From Candidatus Spongiisociaceae bacterium (GTDB lineage: Bacteria; Actinomycetota; Acidimicrobiia; Spongiisociales; Spongiisociaceae): a stretch of DNA of 64,000 nucleotides. A program made the translations under genes and the position numbers. Of the stretch, positions 35,151-44,508 are shown piece after piece. The notes beneath the pieces were generated by a model that did not search any database, was not told the DNA's origin, and was given only the letters and a program-made list of their open reading frames with translations. The stretch spans positions 544,001 to 608,000 of the forward strand of contig OZ253564.1 in NCBI GenBank assembly GCA_965262915.1, read 5' to 3'. The number at the start of each line of letters is the position of its first letter. Position 1 is the first letter of the stretch.

Positions 35151-36713
35151 ATGAACTTCGATGTCCTGATCAGGAATGGGGCCGTAATCGACGGATCCGG
35201 GAGATCTGCCCGGTCCGTTGACGTCGGGATAGCGGGAGGCGTCATAGAGGCGGTTGACCGGCTTGATGACGCTCAGTCCGAGGTGACCATCGAGGCCGAT
35301 GGGATGGTCGTCGCTCCGGGGTTCATCGATTCGCACGCTCACTCCGACGTGATGCTCCTCGCCGATCCCCAGCACGCTCCCAAGCTCCTCCAAGGGGTGA
35401 CGACCGAGGTGTTGGGACAGGACGGCCTCTCGTACGCCCCCCTTTCCGCCTCCAATCTGCAGCTCTACCGCCGTTACCTGGCCGGTCTCAACACCAGCCT
35501 GGACGTGGACTGGAACTGGTCGAGCGTCGCCGAGTACCGGGCGCGCTTCGACGGTCATGTGGCCATCAACACCGCCTACCTGATCCCCCACGGGGCAATC
35601 CGGCTGGAGGTCCTCGGCATGGAGGACGTGCCTCTGGTCGGCGAGGACCTGAGACGGGCTCAGCGTCTGGTCGAACAGGGTATGGAGGAGTGGGGGGTCG
35701 GGTTCTCCACCGGGCTGGGCTACTACCCGCAGGTCTATTCGGACACCAAGGAACTGGTGGAGTTGTGCCGCCCGGCCGTCGGAGGTGTCTTCGCCCCGCA
35801 CCTCCGGACCATCTTCCGGGGCGAGCCGTTCGACCCCGTGCAGGAGGCCCTCGATGTCAGCCGCAGGTCGGGGATCGCCCTACACCTCACCCACTTCGGT
35901 CCCGGTTGGGACATCTCGATGGTGGACCGGGCCAAGGCCGCCGGTCTCGATGTCACCTTCGACGCCTACCCGTACTTCTCGGGATCGAGCACCCTCATGG
36001 CCTTCCTACCTCCATGGGCGCAGGTGGGCGGACCCGACGACATCCTCGAGCGGTTGGCCGATCCGGTCCAGCGCAAGCGGATGGAGGGCGAGGTTGCAGG
36101 GGTGCGGATCGCCAACCGCATCAAGACATGGGGCGACATGATGATCAGCCACGCACCCTCGGCTGCCAACAGCCACCTGGTCGGGCTCACCATCCCGGAG
36201 GCGACCGAGGCTCGGGGGTTCGAGACGTGTGAGGAGTTTGTCTGCCAGATACTCCTCGAGGAGAACCTCGAAGTGGGCCACCGCATGCCCCCACCTGCCG
36301 ACGAGGTGGTCGAGGCCGGCAGCGAGAAGTACATGAAGCTACTCGAGCGGGAGGACTACGCGGTCAGCAGCGACAGCATCCTGGCAGGCGACAAACCCCA
36401 TCCGAGGGCGTACGGCACCTTCCCGAAGGTGCTCGGACCGCTGAGGAGGAGGTACGGCAACTCGCTCGAGTCGCTCGTCAACCGCATGACCGCCTTCCCG
36501 GCCTCCCGGTTCGGCCTTTCCGACCGTGGCCTCCTCCGCCCCGGCAAGGCGGCCGATGTGGTGGTCTTCGACCCGGACCTGGTCAACGACACGGCCACCT
36601 ACGACGAACCGAAAAGCTTCCCGGAGGGTATCGAGCACGTGCTCGTGAACGGGCAGGTCGCGGTGGAGGAGGGTGCCCCGACCGGGGTACTGGCCGGCCG
36701 GGCCCTACCGTAG
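35151..36713 (+). CDS. N-acyl-D-amino-acid deacylase family amidohydrolase
   Basis: PGFIDSHAHSD, HPRAYGTFP, ADVVVFDP. Confidence 0.9.
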   Translation: MNFDVLIRNGAVIDGSGRSARSVDVGIAGGVIEAVDRLDDAQSEVTIEADGMVVAPGFIDSHAHSDVMLLADPQHAPKLLQGVTTEVLGQDGLSYAPLSASNLQLYRRYLAGLNTSLDVDWNWSSVAEYRARFDGHVAINTAYLIPHGAIRLEVLGMEDVPLVGEDLRRAQRLVEQGMEEWGVGFSTGLGYYPQVYSDTKELVELCRPAVGGVFAPHLRTIFRGEPFDPVQEALDVSRRSGIALHLTHFGPGWDISMVDRAKAAGLDVTFDAYPYFSGSSTLMAFLPPWAQVGGPDDILERLADPVQRKRMEGEVAGVRIANRIKTWGDMMISHAPSAANSHLVGLTIPEATEARGFETCEEFVCQILLEENLEVGHRMPPPADEVVEAGSEKYMKLLEREDYAVSSDSILAGDKPHPRAYGTFPKVLGPLRRRYGNSLESLVNRMTAFPASRFGLSDRGLLRPGKAADVVVFDPDLVNDTATYDEPKSFPEGIEHVLVNGQVAVEEGAPTGVLAGRALP

Positions 36714-36864
36714 AAGCGAACTCGCAACAGGTGTTGAGACGCCTTATCGAGGCTTCGTGGAACGCCGGGAAATTGACGAATCCCAGACATCTCCATAGGC
36801 GAACCCCCCTCTGATTCGAGCCAGTGCAATACGGGCTTCCTTGGCCCACGGCTCTGGATTATGC

Positions 36865-38297
36865 GGCTCATCGGATTTCAGTGGGGAGTGACCGATGGGA
36901 GTAGGTCCCAGTTGGGTTTCCCCGCGTAGAGAAGGGCGCGGATTCGGTAGTTCGCGAAGTTGCGGAACCCGAACGCTGCTCGTTTGATCCGTTTGATGAG
37001 GTTGTTGAGGGCTTCGGTGGGTCCGTTGGTTACCTTCGAGATGTGCCAGTTGGTGATCTGGGGGGTCCAGCGGGCGATGGTACGACCCAGCTTGTTGATC
37101 TCGGGTGGGCAGGATTCGTGTTGGAGGTCGTCTGCGAGCTGGAGGGTGTATCGGAGAGCAAGGACCGGACTCTCGATCCCGTAGATGCCTCGTACCGTCT
37201 CTTTCGCGTGCCAGGCTGTGCGCACTTCCCCGTAGGGGTCACCAGCATCGAGGAGACCACGCAGCCGTATTTGACCCCGGTCGCTGATCCTCTCATGCGC
37301 AGCGGTTAGGAGCCGCCGTATCCGATACAGCGGGTCATCCTTGCGGCCTCGATGCCCGAGGGTTTCGTTTTGGACTCTTCGTCGTACCTCGTCGAGACGC
37401 TGGTTGGCGAGGCGGATGACGTGGAACGGGTCCGCTACCTGCAGCGCGTGCGGCAGCACCCTGTCATACGCCTTCCGATACGAACCGGACATGTCCAACA
37501 CCGCCCAGCGGATAGCCTCACACCATTCGGTGGGTTGTGACCGGAACCAGGCTGCGGCGCTTTCTGCTGTTCTACCAGGGACTATGTCGATCAGCTGGTG
37601 GCCGCCAACGTCGACGACAGAGGTGCACCAGACTTTGGTACGCCAACGGCCCCGACGCCAGAACAACGTCTCGTCCACTCCCACAGCTTCGACGGTCCCG
37701 ACCCGATCGGTGTCTGCTTCCAGCAGCGCTTCGCCCCAGCGGCCAACCTCTTTGTTCACCGTATGCCAATCACAACCAAGTTCTGCGGCGACCTCGTCGA
37801 CCGAACGGCCCCGCCCACCCACCTGGATGGTCACCCACCGGGCCGCTCGGGATGTCAACAACGCCCGTTGGGGACCAATCTTGGGGTCTTGTTCGATGAA
37901 CGATCTGAGCGCACAGTCGGGGTTCGGACATGTCCAGCGCCGTTTCCGCCACCGCAGCCGCACAGGCCGGCCGAACGCCGGTAAATCCACCAACACAACC
38001 GTCCGATAGCCCTTCGACCACACCGACCCGCCACAGGACTCACACAACGGCCGGGGCTTGCGGGACCGGATCACCACCTCCAACGGTGCCTCCTCGCCCG
38101 GGTCGTTGATCCCTACCAGATCAACCTCACCTAGGCCTACCAACTTCTCGCACATGCGCGTAGGATCAGCTTCCACAGGGGTCCTCCTGCCTCGGATGTC
38201 ATTACCAACACCCGATTATGGAGGACCCCTCCTCACTTCTGGTGGATTCCAACTCCCCCTGGCAGATCCCCTACTCCCCACTCATTTCCGAAGAGCC
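36865..38297 (-). mobile_element. Complete ISL3-family element, 1433 bp, 8-bp TSD GATTATGC
   Basis: Ends GGCTCATCGGATTTCAGTGGG / GGCTCTTCGGAAATGAGTGGG; TSD at 36857-36864 and 38298-38305. Confidence 0.95.
36878..38176 (-). CDS. ISL3-family transposase
   Basis: Zn finger CESC...CPNPDC, GVDE, LDM, ADPFHV, TNGPTEALN, FGFRNF. Confidence 0.95.
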   Translation of the reverse strand: MEADPTRMCEKLVGLGEVDLVGINDPGEEAPLEVVIRSRKPRPLCESCGGSVWSKGYRTVVLVDLPAFGRPVRLRWRKRRWTCPNPDCALRSFIEQDPKIGPQRALLTSRAARWVTIQVGGRGRSVDEVAAELGCDWHTVNKEVGRWGEALLEADTDRVGTVEAVGVDETLFWRRGRWRTKVWCTSVVDVGGHQLIDIVPGRTAESAAAWFRSQPTEWCEAIRWAVLDMSGSYRKAYDRVLPHALQVADPFHVIRLANQRLDEVRRRVQNETLGHRGRKDDPLYRIRRLLTAAHERISDRGQIRLRGLLDAGDPYGEVRTAWHAKETVRGIYGIESPVLALRYTLQLADDLQHESCPPEINKLGRTIARWTPQITNWHISKVTNGPTEALNNLIKRIKRAAFGFRNFANYRIRALLYAGKPNWDLLPSVTPH

Positions 38298-38941
38298 GAT
38301 TATGCTCAGCAATCAGTTCAAGACCCTCGATGGCTCGTCGATCTTGGAACTCACCAACTTGCCGTATGACCACCTCACCTAAGCTAGGGCGCGCAGGATA
38401 GGAATCCTCTGGAGGATATCGGCGAAGTTCACGAGTAGCTCGAGGAGATGCTTTCGAATCGGTTCTGTATCAGGAGAGCGTATCCATGTTACTCGCACCT
38501 CTCCGCCAACATATCTGATAGTTGGCCCGATCGGTATCGGGTCACGTTCAGGTCTTCGATGCGGATGATTAGCACAGTACGTGTAGAAGGGCTTACCAAT
38601 CATCACATCTCTAATATCACAATATGGCTCTTGATCAGCTTGGTCCTTAGGGTAGCCGTGCCTGCCTTGATTCCTCCGATTGAACCAACAAGTACCACAG
38701 CAATCTGATCCCCCATTCGGCACTCTGTGATCCTCCTCTGAGCCAGCGATAGACTATAGCAGCGCGGGTAGCCCCCCGAAGCGGTCGAGTTCCTACGAAG
38801 GCCAGGCTTCGCGTTTCGTTGAGGAAGGGGTTGGACTTGCTCGAAGCGGCTATGCCCTAGGGTGGCCGATCCCAAGGGGCCGGTCGCAAGGGGAACGCCA
38901 CGATGTGCGGACCGAGCGAGCGTTACAACGCAAGACTCCGC

Positions 38942-39352
38942 TCATATCCAACTTTCTACGCGTAGATCAGCGAATTCGTGAAAGTCCTTCGCGTTCAACG
39001 TAACGAGTGTCAACCCATTGACGATGGCGATTGCTGCGATCTGTCCGTCGACGAAGGGAGGCGTCTTGCCTGAGGCGGTTAGTCTCGCCCTCTCTGTCGC
39101 ATGTCGGTCCGCAGCCTCCTGACCGTACTCGAGCACCGGGAAGACGGCTAGGACCACGCCCTCGATATATCGCTCGATGACGTCGCGCCGTTGCGAATGT
39201 GGCAACCGAGAACAGCCGAATCGCAGCTCGTGCCAGACCGGGGCAGGAATAGCGCTTTCATGGCCATGGTTGTGCAACCGTCGCACGATGGCGGCGTTCG
39301 GTCTGGCCCGCAGAGGTTCGGAGACCACGTTGGTGTCGAGTAGGTACTCCAC
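38942..39352 (-). CDS. vapC: VapC/FitB PIN toxin
   Basis: YLLDTNVVSE, DGQIAAIA, LVTLN..DF. Confidence 0.92.
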   Translation of the reverse strand: MEYLLDTNVVSEPLRARPNAAIVRRLHNHGHESAIPAPVWHELRFGCSRLPHSQRRDVIERYIEGVVLAVFPVLEYGQEAADRHATERARLTASGKTPPFVDGQIAAIAIVNGLTLVTLNAKDFHEFADLRVESWI

Positions 39353-39355
39353 TGC

Positions 39356-39637
39356 TCACAACCGGACGTCGCGCCCGGTTGTCTCTTGGCGCGCGACCGT
39401 GAACAGTTGGTCGGGATCGAGAGCTAGTTCTGTGAGATCCACATCGGCCGCAAACTCATCGTAGGCCTGGGTGAAGCCGCGGCGACTCGCGGTAAGCTGC
39501 TCGAAGTGTCGTTGTCCGATCAGCACGGCGACCGGGTTTCCCCGCCGAGTCAATTCGACAACCCCGCCGCCCTCTGCCTCTCGGATGAGCCTCGGCAGGT
39601 TGCGACGGGCCTCCGTTATCGAACGGCGATCATGCAT
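39356..39637 (-). CDS. Phd/YefM antitoxin
   Basis: SITEARRNL..LIREAE...ELTRRGNPVAVL. Confidence 0.9.
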   Translation of the reverse strand: MHDRRSITEARRNLPRLIREAEGGGVVELTRRGNPVAVLIGQRHFEQLTASRRGFTQAYDEFAADVDLTELALDPDQLFTVARQETTGRDVRL

Positions 39638-39740
39638 GCTATCTCCTTCCTGGGAGCACGCCGATCAAGAATGGTTCTTCTCGCTCGATACTCCCTGACG
39701 AGGCAATCTGTCGGTGATCGATGGACACTGAGACTGCTCC

Positions 39741-39776
39741 CCTGTCTAGTGTACATATATATGTACACTAGACAGG
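39741..39776. promoter_or_regulatory. 36-bp perfect palindrome, probable TA operator
   Basis: CCTGTCTAGTGTACATATATATGTACACTAGACAGG containing two TGTACA boxes. Confidence 0.6.
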
Positions 39777-39846
39777 CGCCGGGGTCGCCACGCCTCTGTT
39801 GGAGGCCACCGATCATTGGATTAGGGAATAGACTGCTACCTGATCT

Positions 39847-39920
39847 GGGGGTGTAGCTCAGTCTGGCAGAGCGCCTGGTTTGCAACCAGGAGGCCGTCGG
39901 TTCGAATCCGATCACCTCCA
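39847..39920 (+). tRNA. tRNA-Ala(TGC)
   Basis: Cloverleaf GGGGGTG/CACCTCC with G3:U70; anticodon arm CCTGG-TTTGCAA-CCAGG; TTCGAAT T-loop; CCA not encoded. Confidence 0.97.
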
Positions 39921-40190
39921 CCCCGGCCTCCCGCCGGGGCATCCACGCGCATGGATGCCCTTGGTCTGTGACCTGTGCAAACCACACCGTCACCGGGCCG
40001 GTTGCCGAACACCCGCTGGAACCCGTCACTGCTAAGCCGATGGCCCCTACGACGGCCCCAGCGCGAACGAGTAGGGGTTTGTATGATTTGGTAATAGTGG
40101 TCGCTGATCGCTATCGACCTTCAGGAACCTGGTGGGCCGCTCTTTCCTGCGCCTTCTCGATTGGGAGTGGCGACTGCTAGGGTCCGCGGC

Positions 40191-40499
40191 ATGGGCGGCG
40201 AGATAGAATCCGTCAGGGTTGTCGAGGTCAAGGCGCTGGAGGAGTATCGGGTCTGGCTTCGATACAACGACGGTGTCGAGGGTGTGGTCGACCTGTCCGA
40301 CATGGTGGAGTACGAGCCGTTCGAGCCGTGGAAGGATAAAGAGTTCTTTGAGACGGCGGTGCGTGTCGACGAGTGGGGAAGCATCCGGTGGTCCGACGAC
40401 CTCGACTTCTGTCGCACTGCGCTGTACATGGAGATCACGGGCAAACCACCAGAAGAGGTGCTTACCGGGCGCCGCGAGAAGGCTCTCGTTGGCGCCTGA
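40191..40499 (+). CDS. DUF2442-family protein
   Basis: V.ALEEYRVWLRYNDG.EG.VDL, W..DLDFC...LY. Confidence 0.85.
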   Translation: MGGEIESVRVVEVKALEEYRVWLRYNDGVEGVVDLSDMVEYEPFEPWKDKEFFETAVRVDEWGSIRWSDDLDFCRTALYMEITGKPPEEVLTGRREKALVGA

Positions 40500-40764
40500 G
40501 CTCTGTCGCCTCGGCGACGGGGACAACATCCGCATCACGATCAATTGGAGGGACCACCCACCGCCCCATGTTCATGCGGAGTTAAGGGGCAAGACCGACG
40601 CGACTGTGGGCATCGAGAGCCTGGCGATAGAGGACGGAACCCTCCCCAAGAAAGAGCGCGATCTGGTGATCGGATGGGTCACGCTCCGTCAAGCTGAACT
40701 GCGTGTAGCGTGGGAAATGGCGTCCCGGGGTATCAACCCGGGAAAGGTCGAGCCGTTGCGGTAA
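40489..40764 (+). CDS. DUF4160-family protein
   Basis: DHPPPHVHA, G.LP, W...RQAEL..AW, VEPL. Confidence 0.85.
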   Translation: MAPELCRLGDGDNIRITINWRDHPPPHVHAELRGKTDATVGIESLAIEDGTLPKKERDLVIGWVTLRQAELRVAWEMASRGINPGKVEPLR

Positions 40765-40796
40765 GTCGCCATCGGCCGCATGAACTAGGAGATGCC

Positions 40797-41975
40797 ATGC
40801 AGAGAGCAGTGGTCGTCGATGCTGTACGAACCCCGACCGGCAAGCGAAATGGCAAGCTCGAGGGGTACCACCCCGTCGATCTGGCGGCGATCACCCTGCG
40901 GGCCCTCGTGGAGCGGAACGACCTGGATGCCGGCCTCGTCGACGACGTGATCATGGGCTGCGTGATGCAGACCGGCGAGCAGGGCATCAACGTGGGCCGC
41001 AACGCAGCCCTGGCCGCCGGGTTCCCCGAGGAGGTGGTGGGCACCACCATCGACCGCCAGTGCGGGTCGGGCCAGCAGTCCTCGCACTTCGCCGCCCAGG
41101 GCGTGATGGCCGGTGCCTACGACGTGGTGATCGCGGCCGGCGTCGAGTCCATGACCCGGGTCCCGATGGGGATCACCGCCCAGCAGGGGCCGGGCAAACC
41201 GTTCGGTCCCCTGATGGTCGACCGCTACGCCCGCAGCCTCGTCCCCCAGGGCATCTCGGCGGAGATGGCCGCCGAGAAGTGGAGCCTCTCCCGGGAGTCC
41301 CTGGACCGGATCGCCTACGACTCCCACATGCGGGCCGTTCGGGCCACAGAGGAGGGCCGGTTCAGCAGGGAGATAGTGCCCGTCGAGGTGCCGATGAACG
41401 GGTCGACCGGGATGATGGTCACCGATGAGGGGATCCGGCCCGACACCTCCATGCAGGTGCTGGAGGATCTCCGGCCGGTCTTCAAGCCCGATGGTGTCGT
41501 CACAGCGGGGAACTCGTCTCAGATATCGGACGGCGCCGCCGCTGTGCTCGTGATGTCGGAGGCCAAGGCGGAGCAGCTCGGCCTGTCGCCGATGGCGCGC
41601 TACGTACAGTTCTCCCTGGCGGGGGTCGATCCGGTCTCCATGCTCACCGGGCCAGTGCCGGCCACCGCCCGCGTGCTGGAGAGGGCCGGCCTGACCGTCG
41701 ACGACATCGACCTCTTCGAGGTGAACGAGGCGTTCGCGTCGGTGGTGGGCTTGTGGTTGGCCGAGCACGGGGGAAGCGACCCGGACGCGCTGTGGGAACG
41801 GACCAACGTCAACGGCGGGGCCATCGCGCTGGGCCACCCGCTCGGCGGCACGGGCGCCAAGCTGACCGCCACGCTCGTCCACGAGATGGAGCGCCGCGAG
41901 GCCCGCTACGGTCTCCAGACCATGTGCGAAGGGGGAGGGATGGCCAATGCGATGATCCTCGAGAGGGTCTGCTAG
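40797..41975 (+). CDS. Thiolase (acetyl-CoA acyltransferase)
   Basis: DRQCGS, NEAF, GGAIALGHP, MCEGGG. Confidence 0.95.
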   Translation: MQRAVVVDAVRTPTGKRNGKLEGYHPVDLAAITLRALVERNDLDAGLVDDVIMGCVMQTGEQGINVGRNAALAAGFPEEVVGTTIDRQCGSGQQSSHFAAQGVMAGAYDVVIAAGVESMTRVPMGITAQQGPGKPFGPLMVDRYARSLVPQGISAEMAAEKWSLSRESLDRIAYDSHMRAVRATEEGRFSREIVPVEVPMNGSTGMMVTDEGIRPDTSMQVLEDLRPVFKPDGVVTAGNSSQISDGAAAVLVMSEAKAEQLGLSPMARYVQFSLAGVDPVSMLTGPVPATARVLERAGLTVDDIDLFEVNEAFASVVGLWLAEHGGSDPDALWERTNVNGGAIALGHPLGGTGAKLTATLVHEMERREARYGLQTMCEGGGMANAMILERVC

Positions 41976-42029
41976 CCGGCGGATGGGGACCGTCCACCGG
42001 CTGCCCGGCACGACTCGGAGCGGGTTGAA

Positions 42030-42275
42030 ATGACAGCCCTGAACATCATCATCGCACTTGGCATCGGCGTGGTCATCTGGACCGTGCTGATGACGGTGTT
42101 GCGGGCGGTGGCCAACCCGCCCCCCGAGGTGGACCCCGACGACGTGGTCGAGACCCGCCGCCGCTTCAGGTGCAGCCTGTGCGGTACCCAGGTAACGATG
42201 ACCGTCACCAATATCGCCGAGCCCAAGCCCCCGCGCCACTGCCGCGAGGAGATGGACGAGGTCCCGGCCGAGTGA
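42030..42275 (+). CDS. Small membrane-anchored Zn-ribbon hypothetical protein
   Basis: N-terminal TM helix, CSLC...HCREEM. Confidence 0.7.
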   Translation: MTALNIIIALGIGVVIWTVLMTVLRAVANPPPEVDPDDVVETRRRFRCSLCGTQVTMTVTNIAEPKPPRHCREEMDEVPAE

Positions 42276-42319
42276 TAACCCGATCCGCACCCACCCCCGC
42301 CGGGTGCCCGTCCCCCGAG

Positions 42320-42569
42320 TTATCCACAGACCGGGGAAAACTCGGGGGATAAGCCACAACAGGCAACTCGGGGTTCAAGGACCGTTAACCCAGGAGAAAT
42401 GATTGTCCTGTTCGGACCCGGCATGGCGTTTGATATTGCTTAGTGTGCGGTACCGGCGTGTCCCCGTCAACCGCCCGGCGAGGGGACGGTTACTGCGAAT
42501 GTGGATAAGAGGGCGACCGATAGGTGCCGGCCTCGGGAAAACACAACTCGGGACAGCTCGTGTGGATAC
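42320..42569. promoter_or_regulatory. DnaA-box cluster
   Basis: TTATCCACA 42320-42328, TGTGGATAA 42500-42508, TGTGGATAC 42561-42569, GGGGGATAA 42344-42352. Confidence 0.7.
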
Positions 42570-42694
42570 TGTGCTCGACAGGTGGTTCCGAGCAGCAGAC
42601 GAACAAGGAAGGCCTACAGGGCGATCAGCCCTCGGCCTATCCGCGCACCCCTCAGTACCTGTCCGAGAACCACCGGCTACCGGCTACCGGCCGG

Positions 42695-42940
42695 CTAGTG
42701 ATAGTTGGTGGTCATGAGGAAACCGATCCCCATGCATCCCAATCCGGCCATTAGCAGCCATGATGGCGTATCGAGGATGTAACGGGTCACGACCATCAGC
42801 ACGCCGAGAGCCATGAGGCCGAACATGGCGGCGACGTAGATCTTCGGTGACTGCTTGGCTCGCTTCCCCCCGGACGCGCTCTTGGGAGGTGTCGGACGGC
42901 GCACCGTTTTGGCCTTGCGGCGTCCCTTCGATTGAGGCAT
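42695..42940 (-). CDS. crgA: Cell division protein CrgA
   Basis: MPQSKGR basic N-terminus, two TM helices, GFLMTTNYH; conserved context. Confidence 0.88.
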   Translation of the reverse strand: MPQSKGRRKAKTVRRPTPPKSASGGKRAKQSPKIYVAAMFGLMALGVLMVVTRYILDTPSWLLMAGLGCMGIGFLMTTNYH

Positions 42941-43036
42941 GGTCGGAAGGCTAACCGGTTTGGGACCCTCATGCGCAACACGGAGCCTCCGGACCGGCTA
43001 CCGGCCGGCCGCCGGTCCGGTAACCTCGGAGGCATC

Positions 43037-43612
43037 ATGCGGGTTCTGGTGCTCGACAACTACGACAGCTTCACCTTCAACCTGGTGCAGTACCTGGGCG
43101 AGCTCGGAGCGGATCCCACCGTGGTGCGGAACGATCAGCTGGATGTGGAGGCGGCGTTCGCACTGGAACCGGACCGGTTGGTGATCTCACCGGGCCCGGG
43201 CCGCCCCGAGGATGCCGGTTACTCCGTCGCCTATATCGAGCGGTTCGCCGGAACGGTGCCCATCCTCGGCGTGTGCCTCGGTCACCAGGCCATAGTCACC
43301 GCCTTCGGAGGACGGGTGGACCTGGCGCCGCGTGTCATGCACGGTAAGACCTCGTCGGTCAGGCACGACGGCAAGGGGATGTTCGCCCGGCTCAGCAACC
43401 CCTTCGTCGCCACCCGCTACCACTCGCTGGCGGCGGTCCGGCTACCGGACGTGCTGGAGCCGTGTGCCTGGAGTGAGGATGATGTGGTGCAGGGGGTGCG
43501 GCACCGGGATCTCGACATCCACGGTGTGCAGTTCCACCCCGAGAGTGTGCTCACCATCGAAGGCATGGTGTTGCTCGAGAACTTCCTGCAGCCGGCCGAC
43601 GCCGACCGGTGA
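43037..43612 (+). CDS. trpG: Anthranilate/aminodeoxychorismate synthase glutamine amidotransferase
   Basis: DNYDSFT, SPGPG, GVCLGHQ, RYHSL, QFHPES. Confidence 0.92.
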   Translation: MRVLVLDNYDSFTFNLVQYLGELGADPTVVRNDQLDVEAAFALEPDRLVISPGPGRPEDAGYSVAYIERFAGTVPILGVCLGHQAIVTAFGGRVDLAPRVMHGKTSSVRHDGKGMFARLSNPFVATRYHSLAAVRLPDVLEPCAWSEDDVVQGVRHRDLDIHGVQFHPESVLTIEGMVLLENFLQPADADR

Positions 43613-43638
43613 CGCGGGCCCGCCACCGCCCCGCCGGG

Positions 43639-44508
43639 TCAGTCACCCTGGTGCAGGTCAGTCGGGTCGGACTCCACGTGGATCGACCGGGTGTGGGCGT
43701 GGTGCGGGTCCGCCGGTGCATGGTGCGGGTCGTCGAGGAGCAGGTGGGTGCCCTCCACGTTCAGCAGCCCTGCGCCGTACGCCTCGGTGAGGTGGGAGGC
43801 CCGGAGTACTTCGGAGGGAGGCCCGCTGGTCACCACCCGGCCCGCCAGCAGGACCACATGGTCGGCCCCCCAGGCCTCGTCGAGGTCGTGGGTGGTGAGA
43901 ACCACGGTGCAGCCGCGGGCGTGCTCGTCGCGGACCGTTTCCCTGATCGCCTGGATGGAGACCAGGTCGAGGCCGGTGGCCGGCTCGTCGAGGAGCAGGA
44001 TGTCGTGATCCTGTACCAGGCCTTGTGCCAGCAGCACGCGGTGCCGTTCCCCGCCGGAGAGGCGGGAGAGGTGGCGCTTGGCCAGGTGGTTTATCTCGGT
44101 TCGCTCCATCACCTCGTCCACCAACCGGCGATCCAGCCGGGAGAGGGGGCGCAAGGGTCCCTTCCCGGGATAGCGGCCCATGCTCACCACCTCGCGCACC
44201 GTGACGGGTAAGGACTGGTTGATCTTCGTATCCTGGAGGACGTAGGCGATCCGGTAAGGACGGCCGTTCGCCTTGCCCAAGGTCACCCGGCCCGAGGCGG
44301 GCGTCACCAGACCGGCTATCCCGTTGAGCAGCGTCGACTTGCCGGCTCCGTTAGGACCGATGAGGATGGTGACGGTTCCCGCCGGTACGACGAGGCTGGA
44401 GCGGTCGAGGACCAGGCGAGTTCCGTAGCGGAACACGGCATCGGTTATCGTCACCGCCGGCTCCCGATCACCGTCGGAATCCGGCAGCGGGTGGTGGACT
44501 CTGCTCAT
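43639..44508 (-). CDS. Metal (Zn/Mn) ABC transporter ATPase
   Basis: GPNGAGKST, LSGGE, LDEP, THDL, His-rich tail. Confidence 0.85.
   Translation of the reverse strand: MSRVHHPLPDSDGDREPAVTITDAVFRYGTRLVLDRSSLVVPAGTVTILIGPNGAGKSTLLNGIAGLVTPASGRVTLGKANGRPYRIAYVLQDTKINQSLPVTVREVVSMGRYPGKGPLRPLSRLDRRLVDEVMERTEINHLAKRHLSRLSGGERHRVLLAQGLVQDHDILLLDEPATGLDLVSIQAIRETVRDEHARGCTVVLTTHDLDEAWGADHVVLLAGRVVTSGPPSEVLRASHLTEAYGAGLLNVEGTHLLLDDPHHAPADPHHAHTRSIHVESDPTDLHQGD

Larger units (their letters stand above)
36744..38723 (-). pseudogene. Cys-rich hypothetical gene broken by a frameshift (~38410) and an ISL3 insertion
   Basis: MPNGGSDCCGTCWFN start; shifted frame EVVIRQVGEFQDRRAIEGLELIAEHN continues across the TSD as PEPWAKEARIALARIR to a stop at 36744. 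Confidence 0.7.

Noticed and set aside
41972-42359. Long Arg/Pro/Gly-rich antisense ORFs, here and throughout the window
   Set aside because: Shadow frames expected in high-GC DNA opposite well-supported genes.
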